Virus record (IMG/VR): IMGVR_UViG_3300025391_000257
Span: 1-32,824 of that record
Direction: 5' to 3' (one strand)
DNA length: 32,824 bases
Source: a virus
Lineage: Duplodnaviria > Caudoviricetes
Shown here: positions 16,409 through 25,979 of the stretch, piece by piece
How the letters are laid out: each line of letters opens with the position of its first letter
Numbering within the stretch: the first letter of the stretch is position 1
Position numbers and translations under genes: made by a program
Notes under the pieces: model-generated
What the model saw: only the letters and a program-made list of their open reading frames with translations
The model's database searches: none
Told to the model about the DNA's origin: nothing

Positions 16409-16763
16409 TTATGGCTGCCTTAATGGCATCTTCTGCAAGAATTGAACAATGTATCTTTACAGGTGGTAATGCTAGTTCTTCTGCGATTTGGGAGTTTTTA
16501 AGGTTAATAGCATCATCAATATGCATACCTTTAACCCACTCAGTAACCAGTGAGCTCGACGCGATTGCTGAACCGCATCCGTATGTCTTGAAACGAGCAT
16601 CTCTAATAATACCATCTTCGTCTACCTTTATTTGTAACTTCATTACATCACCACAAGCTGGTGCTCCCACCATACCTGTACCTATTGTAGGATCATTCTT
16701 ATCAAACGATCCTACATTACGAGGATTTTCATAATGATCAATTACCTTATCTGAATATGCCAT
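16371..16763 (-). CDS. iscU: Fe-S cluster scaffold IscU
   Basis: MAYSDKVIDHYENPRNVG, GAPACGDVM, KTYGCGSAIASSS and LPPVKIHCS. Confidence 0.98.
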   Translation of the reverse strand: MAYSDKVIDHYENPRNVGSFDKNDPTIGTGMVGAPACGDVMKLQIKVDEDGIIRDARFKTYGCGSAIASSSLVTEWVKGMHIDDAINLKNSQIAEELALPPVKIHCSILAEDAIKAAINDYRNRHSTKED

Positions 16764-17086
16764 TAATTTGGTACTAGAACAATAGTATATTGATTTGTCT
16801 TAGGGTCAATCATTTGAGCATAATGATAGCCAGCTGGGGGATTAAGTGTTCCAGGAGGATTTACATAAACTACTGGTGGGGGTGTAACGTATACTGGTTG
16901 TTGTTCAACTACGACATTTGGACGACTTAATTCGTATCCAATGACTCCACCTACTACAGCTGGAGCGACCCAACCCATACCGTATCCACCTCTATAACAG
17001 CAACCGCCACGATAACGAAATCCTTCATGGGCCGATGCTGTTCCTATCAGTGCTAACAATAATAAAAGTAAAACTGTCTTTTTCAT
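16763..17086 (-). CDS. Secreted Gly/Pro-rich hypothetical protein
   Basis: Signal peptide, Gly/Tyr-rich segment, WVAPAVVGGVIGY and PVYV/PPPVVY repeats. Confidence 0.8.
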   Translation of the reverse strand: MKKTVLLLLLLALIGTASAHEGFRYRGGCCYRGGYGMGWVAPAVVGGVIGYELSRPNVVVEQQPVYVTPPPVVYVNPPGTLNPPAGYHYAQMIDPKTNQYTIVLVPN

Positions 17087-17141
17087 AATATACTCCTTGG
17101 ACGTATAATAATATAACGCCTTAGACTAATATTTAGTTGAC

Positions 17142-17330
17142 TTACTTGGCTTCTTTTCTTGCGTTCTTAACTGCGGTAACATCGTTACGAGTTTCTTTGC
17201 ATAACTTAGCCAATTCTTGTAAATGCTTACGCACACGAGTACCTGCGGCTGAAACGCCTTTGTCGTAGAACTTTTCGAAATCTGATTCCATTGCTTCTAC
17301 TAGTGTTGTGAATTCTGAATATTTTGACAT
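17142..17330 (-). CDS. Histone H1-like (Hc1-family) small DNA-binding protein
   Basis: DFEKFYDKGVSAAGTRVRKHLQELAKLCKETR. Confidence 0.8.
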   Translation of the reverse strand: MSKYSEFTTLVEAMESDFEKFYDKGVSAAGTRVRKHLQELAKLCKETRNDVTAVKNARKEAK

Positions 17331-17357
17331 TTGATTCTCCTTAAAATGTGCTATAGT

Positions 17358-17386
17358 AATTTAGCACATGTTAGGGTAATTGTCAA
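17358..17386 (-). promoter_or_regulatory. sigma70-type promoter of the histone-like gene
   Basis: TTGACA-17 nt-TAAATT with an extended -10 TG. Confidence 0.65.
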
Positions 17387-17398
17387 CAAACCTGGCTT

Positions 17399-17668
17399 TT
17401 AGGGGTGTGCAAACACGGTTGTGCTAGCCGAACCTATCGAAATACCTAGTCCGGTCACAGCTCCGGTCACTGCCACAGGTTTATTTTCGGCAAACACTGT
17501 CTGTGAAAGAGTATTAACAATGACATCTCCGACATTTGGTGGGCCGCCTACTGTACTTAGATTTATGCAAGCGGTAGGTCTATTTTCAGTAATAACTGAA
17601 TTGGCTCCCACAGCAATAATACCACCTGCATGATCTTGCCCAGCTCGGGCCACTCCGTGTAATCCCAT
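17399..17668 (-). CDS. PAAR-like spike-tip protein
   Basis: VARAGQD, GGIIAVGANSVITENRPTA, TVFAENKPVAVTG and IGSASTTVFA. Confidence 0.75.
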   Translation of the reverse strand: MGLHGVARAGQDHAGGIIAVGANSVITENRPTACINLSTVGGPPNVGDVIVNTLSQTVFAENKPVAVTGAVTGLGISIGSASTTVFAHP

Positions 17669-18342
17669 TATGTTGGTCCACCTTTGGTTTTATCTAATGC
17701 TGATTGGACACTAGGTGGTAGTAAAGCCACTATTGAATCCTTGTAGGAACCTAGCCAATTGCCCACAGTTTGATAGATACCTGAATTTAATATCCAAGTG
17801 TTTACTGTACTAATAGCTTTAGAACTAACAGATACTGCCGCACTTTGTACCTTGCCCGCGGAATCTAACTTTGCACCACTGCTCACCGCCGTTGATAATT
17901 GTTTTTCTTCAGTTGGTAATGAAGGCTTATCTGGGCTTGCGGCTTGATAGTAATTGTTACTTTGTACATTGCTTGATGTGCTATGATTTAACACACTAGC
18001 ATGATGAGATCGAGCTACTGCAAGTGCTCCAATGGCAATATTCAAATTACTCAAAGAACTTGCAAGTGATTTTTTAGTATCGGCTATTCTAGTGAGACTA
18101 GAGTTGATTCCATTTAAACTAGCGGCCAGCGATCCGGGTGGAACTGAACTGTCACCTATGACTGCTATTAATTTGCCAATCATAGTTAATATGGTTGTCA
18201 TTTCGGCACCAACTGCTAGACCATACGTATCAGTAACTGTGCATGTTACCGGTACGAACGCTGGTAATATCGCCGGAATTGGAGTATTAGTAGTTCCAGG
18301 TTGCGGAATAGCTACAAAGTTTTGTATCTGACCATAGGCCAT
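17668..18342 (-). CDS. Hypothetical protein, paralog of 18342..18992
   Basis: Shares PGS...LxGINSSLTRIAD, LNIAIG, PSLPxEE and LPPSVQSxLDKxKGGPT with its neighbour. Confidence 0.8.
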   Translation of the reverse strand: MAYGQIQNFVAIPQPGTTNTPIPAILPAFVPVTCTVTDTYGLAVGAEMTTILTMIGKLIAVIGDSSVPPGSLAASLNGINSSLTRIADTKKSLASSLSNLNIAIGALAVARSHHASVLNHSTSSNVQSNNYYQAASPDKPSLPTEEKQLSTAVSSGAKLDSAGKVQSAAVSVSSKAISTVNTWILNSGIYQTVGNWLGSYKDSIVALLPPSVQSALDKTKGGPT

Positions 18343-18992
18343 TAAGTTGGTCCGCCTTTAGCTTTGTCTAGTACTGATTGCACACTAGGTGGTAGCACTG
18401 ATATTAGTGAATCCTTTGCTTGGTTTGCCCAACCGGCTACTGTTTGATACGCACTGGTTTCACCGATCCATTGTCCTAGTGATAGAGTATTTGTTGTAAC
18501 AAATTGTCCAATAGCTCCTTGAGCAACACCTGCCGCATGCAGTGCCAGTCCGCTGGTAACTCCGGCTTTTAATTGATCTTCTTCTGAGGGCAAACTAGGA
18601 GGAGGCAATCCAGAACGTTCTAATGCTTCTGCTGTTGCCTGCACTTGATAGTTATTTGTTGTTATTTGGTTAGCGGCCGCATGTGCAGTGATAGAAGTTA
18701 ATGCAGATGTACTAACTGCCATACTGCCAATAGCAATATTAAGATCACTAATAGATTTAGCTATTGCCTTGTCATAGTCGGCTATTCTAGTAAGACTAGA
18801 GTTAATACCACTTAAACAAGCACCTATGCTACCCGGTAGTGCAGGAGCCGGAGGAATACCTGGTCCATATAAGGTAGCTTGAAGAGTATTTAAGGCAGCG
18901 GTAATTGCAACTGTTTGTAAGGCTATTGCGGCAGCCGCATCGTCAGTAACAGTGGCCGTACCCGGCCCGGTCATTGTAACTACACTTGGCAT
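18342..18992 (-). CDS. Hypothetical protein, paralog of 17668..18342; probably virion/baseplate-associated
   Basis: TAAATA and AGGAG upstream; shares blocks with its neighbour; lies upstream of the PAAR gene. Confidence 0.8.
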   Translation of the reverse strand: MPSVVTMTGPGTATVTDDAAAAIALQTVAITAALNTLQATLYGPGIPPAPALPGSIGACLSGINSSLTRIADYDKAIAKSISDLNIAIGSMAVSTSALTSITAHAAANQITTNNYQVQATAEALERSGLPPPSLPSEEDQLKAGVTSGLALHAAGVAQGAIGQFVTTNTLSLGQWIGETSAYQTVAGWANQAKDSLISVLPPSVQSVLDKAKGGPT

Positions 18993-19015
18993 AGTTTATC
19001 TCCTAATAGTGATAT

Positions 19016-19306
19016 TTATGCTAGTTTTATGCCAGTTGTCTGTTCTGTGTAACGATCTGCGGCATCTTTGATAGTTGGTGCTAGGACCATTACTGTATTA
19101 CGGTTAATACTAATCTCAGCATCTGGATCTGTAGTAAACAAAAATGGAACTAGTCCGATCCCATCTTTAGTAGCTGTTAGACACAATGGCTTGCTAACCT
19201 TAACAGATATTGGACCTTCTTCAATTAGTTTTGCTACAATTTCTTCACCGGCAGTTGTTTTGATTGTTACAACTTCACCAGCTGATATACCTTTATTAAT
19301 AAGCAT
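19016..19306 (-). CDS. Hypothetical phage protein (Sm-like fold suspected)
   Basis: VVTIKTTAGEEIVAKL...KPL...LVPF...YTEQTTGI pattern. Confidence 0.7.
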   Translation of the reverse strand: MLINKGISAGEVVTIKTTAGEEIVAKLIEEGPISVKVSKPLCLTATKDGIGLVPFLFTTDPDAEISINRNTVMVLAPTIKDAADRYTEQTTGIKLA

Positions 19307-19308
19307 AA

Positions 19309-19533
19309 TTATCCTTCAAAATGTTTTTTGAGTTCTGTGAACCCGCCTATTAATTTATCGTCTAAAAATATTTGTGGTACAGTTCTGGCATTAGGTACTG
19401 CTTCTAATAGTTGTTCACGTGTATATTCTTTATTGATATTGCGTTCTTCGTAATCAATGTTTTTTAGTTTTAGTAGACTCTTTGCTTGCTCGCAGTACGG
19501 GCACTGATTTTTGCTCCAAACTATTGCTTTCAT
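19309..19533 (-). CDS. grxC: Glutaredoxin
   Basis: CPYC, RTVPQIF and IGGFTEL; start reassigned to ATG 19533. Confidence 0.93.
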   Translation of the reverse strand: MKAIVWSKNQCPYCEQAKSLLKLKNIDYEERNINKEYTREQLLEAVPNARTVPQIFLDDKLIGGFTELKKHFEG

Positions 19534-19630
19534 TCTTCTTATCCTTCTTAAAAATATTATCCCAGTTACTTTCAAAAGTCTTGCGATCGACACTGAAAGG
19601 TCTGGACTTGCTTCCTTTACCTGCCATCAT
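19454..19630 (-). CDS. Small basic protein (58 aa, absent from the ORF track)
   Basis: AGGAG RBS, then MMAGKGSKSRPFSVDRKTFESNWDNIFKK... Confidence 0.75.
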   Translation of the reverse strand: MMAGKGSKSRPFSVDRKTFESNWDNIFKKDKKNESNSLEQKSVPVLRASKESTKTKKH

Positions 19631-19639
19631 GAACTCCTA

Positions 19640-20740
19640 TTATAGTGCTGGTAGGGCATCATAGTCGATGCCTTCACTCATCACGCCAATCACATAATTG
19701 GTTGATTCGCTTTCTTGTAGTGCTGTTTGTTTTTTACTTGTATCAACGTGTTTGTTAAACCAAGGAATAGGTGTACTACGTGGTGCGGCCTGTTGATATT
19801 TGATGCCAATTTGCTTTAATGCATCTACCGCTGTGTAGTCCACAAAGTCTTTAAGAATATTTGCGTTAAGACCAATAACTGGACCTTTCTTAAACAAGTA
19901 GTCTGCCCATTGCTTTTCCTCACGGATAACATCTACGTACATACTATACACTTCTTGTTCACAATCGATCTTGGCCTGTGCAAAACGTGAATCTTCTTTG
20001 ACTACTTGATTGATCAAATAGGCTGTCCATCCTTTGTGTAGTAATTCGTCCTGTAAGATCAAACTGATAATGTTACCATTACCGATAAAGATCTTGTTTT
20101 CTACCATTGCAAGAGAAGTTGCAAATGATACCATGAAGCGGAAGGCTTCGAGGGCGTAACTAGCATTAAGAGCCAACCAAATGGCCTTGATATGTGTTTG
20201 TTCATCGATTGTTTCACCAGATTCTTTTTGGCAATTAATTAAATGCAAATCATCATAATACTTGCCTACACTTGATGCCATACTGACAATTTCTTCAGTG
20301 TCGTGGATAGTGTTGAACACATCCTTGGGCACATTATAGATGTTACGGATTATATGACTGTAGCTCTTGCTGTGGATGTTGGTTTCGAAGAATCCCCAGT
20401 TGTACATGAGGGCTTCGACTTCTGGTAAGGAACACACTGGAGTAAATACCTGCGTTGGTCCTCTACCTTGAAGACTATCAAGTGCCGTTTGGCGTAATAA
20501 ATTGCTGGTAAAGATATGTTTAATTGCATCGCTCGCGTCCTTAAAGTCATTGGCGTCTTTGGTAAGACTAATCTCTTCGGGTTGCCAGAAGAAGCCTCGG
20601 GCTGTCGCTTCAAAGTCTGCAATCTTCTTGTATTTAACCTCTTCGAATCGTTGAATAGTCACCGGACCCGCTGGATCCAAAAACATCTTACGGTTCAAAT
20701 AGTCTGTGCGTGTGTTTAAATTATATTGTTCTTTGCTCAT
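19640..20740 (-). CDS. nrdB: Class Ia ribonucleotide reductase beta subunit
   Basis: FFWQPEEI, ALDSLQ, FETNIHSKSY, LEAFRF and QDELLH: metal ligands and radical Tyr present. Confidence 0.97.
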   Translation of the reverse strand: MSKEQYNLNTRTDYLNRKMFLDPAGPVTIQRFEEVKYKKIADFEATARGFFWQPEEISLTKDANDFKDASDAIKHIFTSNLLRQTALDSLQGRGPTQVFTPVCSLPEVEALMYNWGFFETNIHSKSYSHIIRNIYNVPKDVFNTIHDTEEIVSMASSVGKYYDDLHLINCQKESGETIDEQTHIKAIWLALNASYALEAFRFMVSFATSLAMVENKIFIGNGNIISLILQDELLHKGWTAYLINQVVKEDSRFAQAKIDCEQEVYSMYVDVIREEKQWADYLFKKGPVIGLNANILKDFVDYTAVDALKQIGIKYQQAAPRSTPIPWFNKHVDTSKKQTALQESESTNYVIGVMSEGIDYDALPAL

Positions 20741-23058
20741 AGCTTACATGCCTCACATGATTCTTGATCATCAAAATCAATTGGCTCTAACATAGCCGGT
20801 GCGTCTTCTTGTACTGCTTTGCTTCCAGCTTTGTTTATCAAACTGTAGTAGAATGTCTTCAATCCCCACGCATGTGCCTGCATCAAATTTCGAGCAATCA
20901 GTGTAGTTGGTACTTTACGATCTGCAAAATGTGCCGGATTGTAAAAGGTATTAGTACTTATACTTTGATCTACATAGGCGGCTAAGACTGATGCTGTTTT
21001 TAAATAACCATCGCAATCTTTTTGTTCCCACATGAGCTGATACTTGTTTTTAAGTTTAGCATATTCAGGCACTACTTGTGTAAATGAACCTGCTTTTGAT
21101 TCTTTAGTACTGATCAAACTCATGGGTAACTCAATTCCATTAGTGCTGTTTATAACAACACTACTGCTTTCGACCGGAGCAATAGCCATTAGGGTGGCAT
21201 TGCGAACACCGTACTGTTTCATATTAGTACGTAGTGTTTCCCAATCAAGTTCTGGGGCAAAGTCTGCTAGTTCATTAACACCCTCTGCTCGTAATTCCCA
21301 AGGGAATATGCCTTGACCGTATCTTGTTTGATGGCTGTCAACACATGCACCACGTTCTTTAGCCAGCTCTACGGTAGCTTCTGTCAGGTAATAGGCTTGA
21401 TGTTCCATCCATGTTTTAACTTCTTGTAGAGAATCTCGTTCGCCATATTTTAAACTACGTTTAGCATGCCAATAGGCAAGATTAGTTACACCGATGCCTA
21501 GAGGTTGTATTTCATCATTGCTTAGTTTACTTTGGATACTTAGGAAATCTTGATAATCAAGAATATTACATAGACTGCGTTGCAGAATACGACAAGCACG
21601 ACGCATGTCTTCTGGATTACGGAAGGCTCCCCAGTTAATGCTACCTAATGTACAAAGAGCAATACGACCCATGGCATCATCAAGACGTTTGAAAGGACGA
21701 GTAGGTAGTAGTATTTCACAGCATAAGTTACTTTGATATATTGTATGAAACTCGGGGTCGAATGGTCCTTGGTTCTGTACGTTGTCAATAAACACAAGAT
21801 AGATACGTCCCGTGTCTGTACGTTCTTTTAGTATGCCTGACTTGAATACTTCTTCGGCTGACATTGTCTTCTTACGTAGGTCTCGACGTTTTTCGTATTT
21901 TACATACAGTTCTTCAAATTCTGCTGTGTTACGATAAAAGGCTTCATATAGGTCGGGTACTTCATTCGGATCAAAGAAGGTGATGTTTTCTTTGTTCTTG
22001 AAACGGCGCCAAAAGAACTTGCTAAGGACAACTCCGTAGTCCATGTGTCTAACTCTTGTTTCCTCTGTACCTTGGTTGTTTTTAAGAACAATAAGGTCAT
22101 CAAACTGATGATGCCAAATGGGATAAAATACAGTAGCACTTGCATTACGAATACCTCCTTGACTGCATGAGCGTAAATCTCCGAACCACTTCTTTAAGAA
22201 TGGTATCATACCAGTATGCATGATTTCGCCACCGCGAATTGGGGAGCCCAATGGGCGTAGTCGACCGATCTCCAGTCCAATCCCTGCACGTTTACTGGCA
22301 TACTTGGCCATCATCTCACCACTAGCAAATATGCTATCCAAATCGTCGTCACTGCGGATAAGCACACAACTAGAAAACTGTTTAGTCGGAGTGCCAAGCC
22401 CAGCCAAGACAGGTGTAGCAAGAGTAAACAACCCATCGGATGCCGCTTGATAGTATTCTTTAATGTAACGCATCCTTGCGCTATTCGGTTCTTCTCTATG
22501 AAATACTGTAGCCGCTGCCACAATATATCTAATTTGTGGAGTTTCATAAATTTCCTTTGTCGCACGATTGCGTACCAAATACTTCTCTATCAACTGCTCA
22601 ATTGCCGCATATGAATACTGCTCATCTTTTTCGTGATCTAGCATAGAATCCATTTTATTCCAATCATCTTCCGTATACCATTCTAATAGTTCTGGAGTAT
22701 ACAATCCGATATCGACGTTTTTCTTTACGATCGTATAGAGATGGGGAACAGTATAATCACCATATACATCTTTACGTAGCATTGACAAACGTTGCTTGCC
22801 TGCTACGTGTTGATAGTTAACATGTCCTACGTCTGGATTTGATTCAACATCAATGAGGTCCACAATAGCTCGTAGAGTTATTTCATCGATTTCTTGTGTA
22901 GTGATACCGTCATAGAAATGTGGCTGGCTTTTGATTTCAATCATTGATTGACTAACATCAGCAATACCTTTACAAACTTTTGCAATTTGCGCTTGCCATT
23001 TTTCTACCGCTAATGTCTCTCTATCGCCACTTCTTTTTATTACTGTGATGTTATTCAT
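20737..23058 (-). CDS. nrdA: Class Ia ribonucleotide reductase alpha subunit
   Basis: N-terminal ATP-cone-like region, FSSCVL, SNLCCEI, LKTFYY and C-terminal CEAC; no intron or intein seen. Confidence 0.98.
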   Translation of the reverse strand: MNNITVIKRSGDRETLAVEKWQAQIAKVCKGIADVSQSMIEIKSQPHFYDGITTQEIDEITLRAIVDLIDVESNPDVGHVNYQHVAGKQRLSMLRKDVYGDYTVPHLYTIVKKNVDIGLYTPELLEWYTEDDWNKMDSMLDHEKDEQYSYAAIEQLIEKYLVRNRATKEIYETPQIRYIVAAATVFHREEPNSARMRYIKEYYQAASDGLFTLATPVLAGLGTPTKQFSSCVLIRSDDDLDSIFASGEMMAKYASKRAGIGLEIGRLRPLGSPIRGGEIMHTGMIPFLKKWFGDLRSCSQGGIRNASATVFYPIWHHQFDDLIVLKNNQGTEETRVRHMDYGVVLSKFFWRRFKNKENITFFDPNEVPDLYEAFYRNTAEFEELYVKYEKRRDLRKKTMSAEEVFKSGILKERTDTGRIYLVFIDNVQNQGPFDPEFHTIYQSNLCCEILLPTRPFKRLDDAMGRIALCTLGSINWGAFRNPEDMRRACRILQRSLCNILDYQDFLSIQSKLSNDEIQPLGIGVTNLAYWHAKRSLKYGERDSLQEVKTWMEHQAYYLTEATVELAKERGACVDSHQTRYGQGIFPWELRAEGVNELADFAPELDWETLRTNMKQYGVRNATLMAIAPVESSSVVINSTNGIELPMSLISTKESKAGSFTQVVPEYAKLKNKYQLMWEQKDCDGYLKTASVLAAYVDQSISTNTFYNPAHFADRKVPTTLIARNLMQAHAWGLKTFYYSLINKAGSKAVQEDAPAMLEPIDFDDQESCEACKL

Positions 23059-23281
23059 TGTTCTCTATTCTTTTACTGTGATTTGGATTATTAATATAAT
23101 GTACTTAATTCTGTTTAGGAAGTATTTAGTGAAGACCAAATGAGTAAAAAATCTTATTGATAGACAACGGTTTATGTGTGTCTTTCGCAGAAAATCGAAC
23201 GATTTTTTTATTAATAAATCTTATCATGGTAACAGTATAAATTATATGCGCATTTATCGCAATCACCTAATGATTTGAGTA

Positions 23282-25225
23282 TTAAGAAATTGAACGATAT
23301 GTGTAGGTAAATACGCCCGAATCAGAAATGTTATTAACATAACTGATTACGATTGACCAAGGATTGGTAATGGTTACAGTGCCAGTGTTGTCTACATACT
23401 GAGCTTGGAAATCTAAGTAGGTGGCAATGGTATCTCCAGCATCGCTTCCTGCAAAATCATAATCATCAGTTAACTGAATCATTTTGTCAGCAGGATCAGC
23501 AGAAATAGTTATAGTACCTCTTCTTGTAAAATGATTTTGACTTGAATAAAAATAATCAATGACATATACAATACTTGCTCCACTAGGACCAGTAGTTCTA
23601 TCAGTAGTAAGAGGTAACCAAGGAATTGGCAATTTTAAAACTGGCACATACACACTTGTTTGACTTATACTAATAGTCTTTGTACCAAACGCTGAATATA
23701 TAATGTGTCCGGTAACTTCTGGAACATATGGTACAGTACCGTATGTACCACTCGGAGCACTTAAATCAGCTGATCTGTCACTTTGGCTATTGAAGTCTAA
23801 ATTACCATAGGTAGCAAAGTATACTTGTGGGTATTGGCTAACACCATTAGTACCTCCGTTGTTACCTACTCCAATATACTTGCAGTCTCTAGTAACGTTG
23901 CCAGTTCCGGTTGCAACATACACAGCTTCTTGCTGTATATTATTAAATTTGCTATTAATAATTTCAGTTTGTCTAGGACCGTTTGGGTTTGCCAATGTGA
24001 TAGCGCCGCCAAGCCCTAGGCAGAAACCTTGTAATGAATTTGTCAAATAACAATTTTCGAATATGTTGTTTAATATATCATCTTTAGCAAACACGTCATA
24101 TGTGAATCCGCCCGAGGTGCTTGTAGAACCACTTCGACCAAATTGAATACACCTAAACACATTATGTTCGCATGATGTTCCGCTTGGACCTCCGCTAACA
24201 GCAGTCATGTGCATACCGATACTATTGGTATTTGTAAGAGTTGTATAACCGCCAATCAAACAAATATTTTCAAACAGGCTATCTCGAACAGAGTTTAATA
24301 ACATTGCAGTGTTAAGACCTGTGTAAGTTTCAATATTTAAATTGCTTAACTGAATTTTTCGAGATTGATTAGTACTGTTGGCAATTGATGGATCAGGGTT
24401 ACCTGGTGAACTACTATCATTAACAAACTGAATAGCAGGAGATGGAACTGTTAATGTAATAACTGTACTAGGAGTAGACACTAATGGCAGATTACTAAGT
24501 GTTATACTCACTCCCGGATTAACCGTAGAGATATAAGTGTTAGGTGGAATAATGCCAGCAACTGAACATGTAACTATTTGATTTTGCATCGACGATACTG
24601 CCGATGTCATCGGCACTATTGCGTTATTGATAGTTATAGCTACAGTAAAATTAGTCTGCGTAGGTACAAAATTTATAATAGTCTTGTCAATACCTGCGCC
24701 TACGATTGTAGAGTAACTGGGAATATAAATCGTGCTTGTAGTTTTATAGATACCCGGTGGTATCGTTAATGTTACACGAGTATTAGTAGCTGTAGATAAA
24801 TTTGCAGGATTACTCGGATTTAAAAATAATTGATTAATAGCACGTTGTAACGCGGCAGTATCGTCGGCAATCCCATCCCCAACAGTGCCAAAGTCTACAG
24901 TTGTTATTTGGTCATCTAAACGATTAGTAATAGAACGACTTATAGGAGTGTTAGCGTTTGGGCCTGTGGTAATTGCGGCATTGTTAGATCCATATACGTA
25001 CTGTACTAGTCCTAGCAAGTTACCTTCAAGACCTAAGTCTTGTTCTGTAACAATTCGTATATTGCTTACACCCGGGGCGCCTTCACTAACTGCGCCACTG
25101 CCGATGAATAGTTGCTGGGTGTCAATTGCCCAAGCCATCTCGCCAGATGCTAACTGTGGTAACCCTGTACCTTGATTTGCTTGCCCGCGGCGAACCTGTA
25201 TTCTTGAGATTTGATAAACAGCCAT
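23282..25225 (-). CDS. Tail fibre/spike protein with pectate-lyase-like beta-helix
   Basis: ISRIQVRRG...LASGEMAWAIDTQQLFIG N-terminal fibre motif; DFGTVGDGIADDTAALQRAI and IPPGIY; N/I-rich beta-helix repeats. Confidence 0.85.
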   Translation of the reverse strand: MAVYQISRIQVRRGQANQGTGLPQLASGEMAWAIDTQQLFIGSGAVSEGAPGVSNIRIVTEQDLGLEGNLLGLVQYVYGSNNAAITTGPNANTPISRSITNRLDDQITTVDFGTVGDGIADDTAALQRAINQLFLNPSNPANLSTATNTRVTLTIPPGIYKTTSTIYIPSYSTIVGAGIDKTIINFVPTQTNFTVAITINNAIVPMTSAVSSMQNQIVTCSVAGIIPPNTYISTVNPGVSITLSNLPLVSTPSTVITLTVPSPAIQFVNDSSSPGNPDPSIANSTNQSRKIQLSNLNIETYTGLNTAMLLNSVRDSLFENICLIGGYTTLTNTNSIGMHMTAVSGGPSGTSCEHNVFRCIQFGRSGSTSTSGGFTYDVFAKDDILNNIFENCYLTNSLQGFCLGLGGAITLANPNGPRQTEIINSKFNNIQQEAVYVATGTGNVTRDCKYIGVGNNGGTNGVSQYPQVYFATYGNLDFNSQSDRSADLSAPSGTYGTVPYVPEVTGHIIYSAFGTKTISISQTSVYVPVLKLPIPWLPLTTDRTTGPSGASIVYVIDYFYSSQNHFTRRGTITISADPADKMIQLTDDYDFAGSDAGDTIATYLDFQAQYVDNTGTVTITNPWSIVISYVNNISDSGVFTYTYRSIS

Positions 25226-25251
25226 GAAAATATCCTCTTATGTGATATTTA

Positions 25252-25971
25252 TCAGTTCTGTTTGTAGTACTGCTCCACCCTATCCCACCACTTTTGTTCC
25301 CAGTAGCTAAAATCACCGGGTTTTAGGATAAATTCCTGATAAACAGGAACATCAATCATTTCTAATTGTTCGTTCATTTTAGGACTGACACACATTAATA
25401 CAACACCCTTTCGAATGTTAGTCCCGTAGACTTCGTTGTGTGCTAGTGCGTAGGCTGTTAGCTGTAAGTAGTAGTCTTCAATCCACTCTTCTTTCTTAGG
25501 CTTGTTGGTCTGCTTGTAGTCAATAATAGCTTCATCATTTAAATGGAGACCGCAACCATCAGTAGTTCCCGCATATAGACCGGGAAAGTATAAGGGCACT
25601 TCTACACCCCATATTTCGTTTACATTACACAAGCCTTGGGCAATAACCACATTGGCCATTGCATGACTTTGCTTACTGTAGGGATTGGTACCGGGCGCAT
25701 TGATTACACCAGTTTTAACATAGTCTTCTAGGAACTTGTGCATACGTGTTCCACGACCGCTGGCTTCAGTTACAATTTCTTGTGCTTTCTTTTCACCAAC
25801 ACGTTTTTTCCAATTGTTAAGGGCGTCAATCTTTTCTTGTGGTTTAGTTTTGTCCAGAATAGTAGTTACACTGGGAACTTTAGTTCCGTCTGGAAGTGCG
25901 TAAAGACGCTTACCTTCTACACTTTGTCGATTAATAGGCGTGTAGTTAAACCTTTCTTGTAATAAAGTCAT
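25252..25971 (-). CDS. PD-(D/E)XK exonuclease (Cas4/MGME1-like)
   Basis: VPSVTTIL, GRGTRMH, EVPL, YAGTTD, IIDYKQ and YYLQLTAYA. Confidence 0.9.
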   Translation of the reverse strand: MTLLQERFNYTPINRQSVEGKRLYALPDGTKVPSVTTILDKTKPQEKIDALNNWKKRVGEKKAQEIVTEASGRGTRMHKFLEDYVKTGVINAPGTNPYSKQSHAMANVVIAQGLCNVNEIWGVEVPLYFPGLYAGTTDGCGLHLNDEAIIDYKQTNKPKKEEWIEDYYLQLTAYALAHNEVYGTNIRKGVVLMCVSPKMNEQLEMIDVPVYQEFILKPGDFSYWEQKWWDRVEQYYKQN

Positions 25972-25979
25972 ATAGAGCT

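Noticed and set aside
19640-23058. Intron, intein or homing endonuclease in nrdA/nrdB
   Set aside because: Both ORFs are continuous and of normal length.
25252-25971. Cas4 and a CRISPR system
   Set aside because: Only a stand-alone PD-(D/E)XK nuclease without the four-Cys cluster; no repeat-spacer array or other cas genes.
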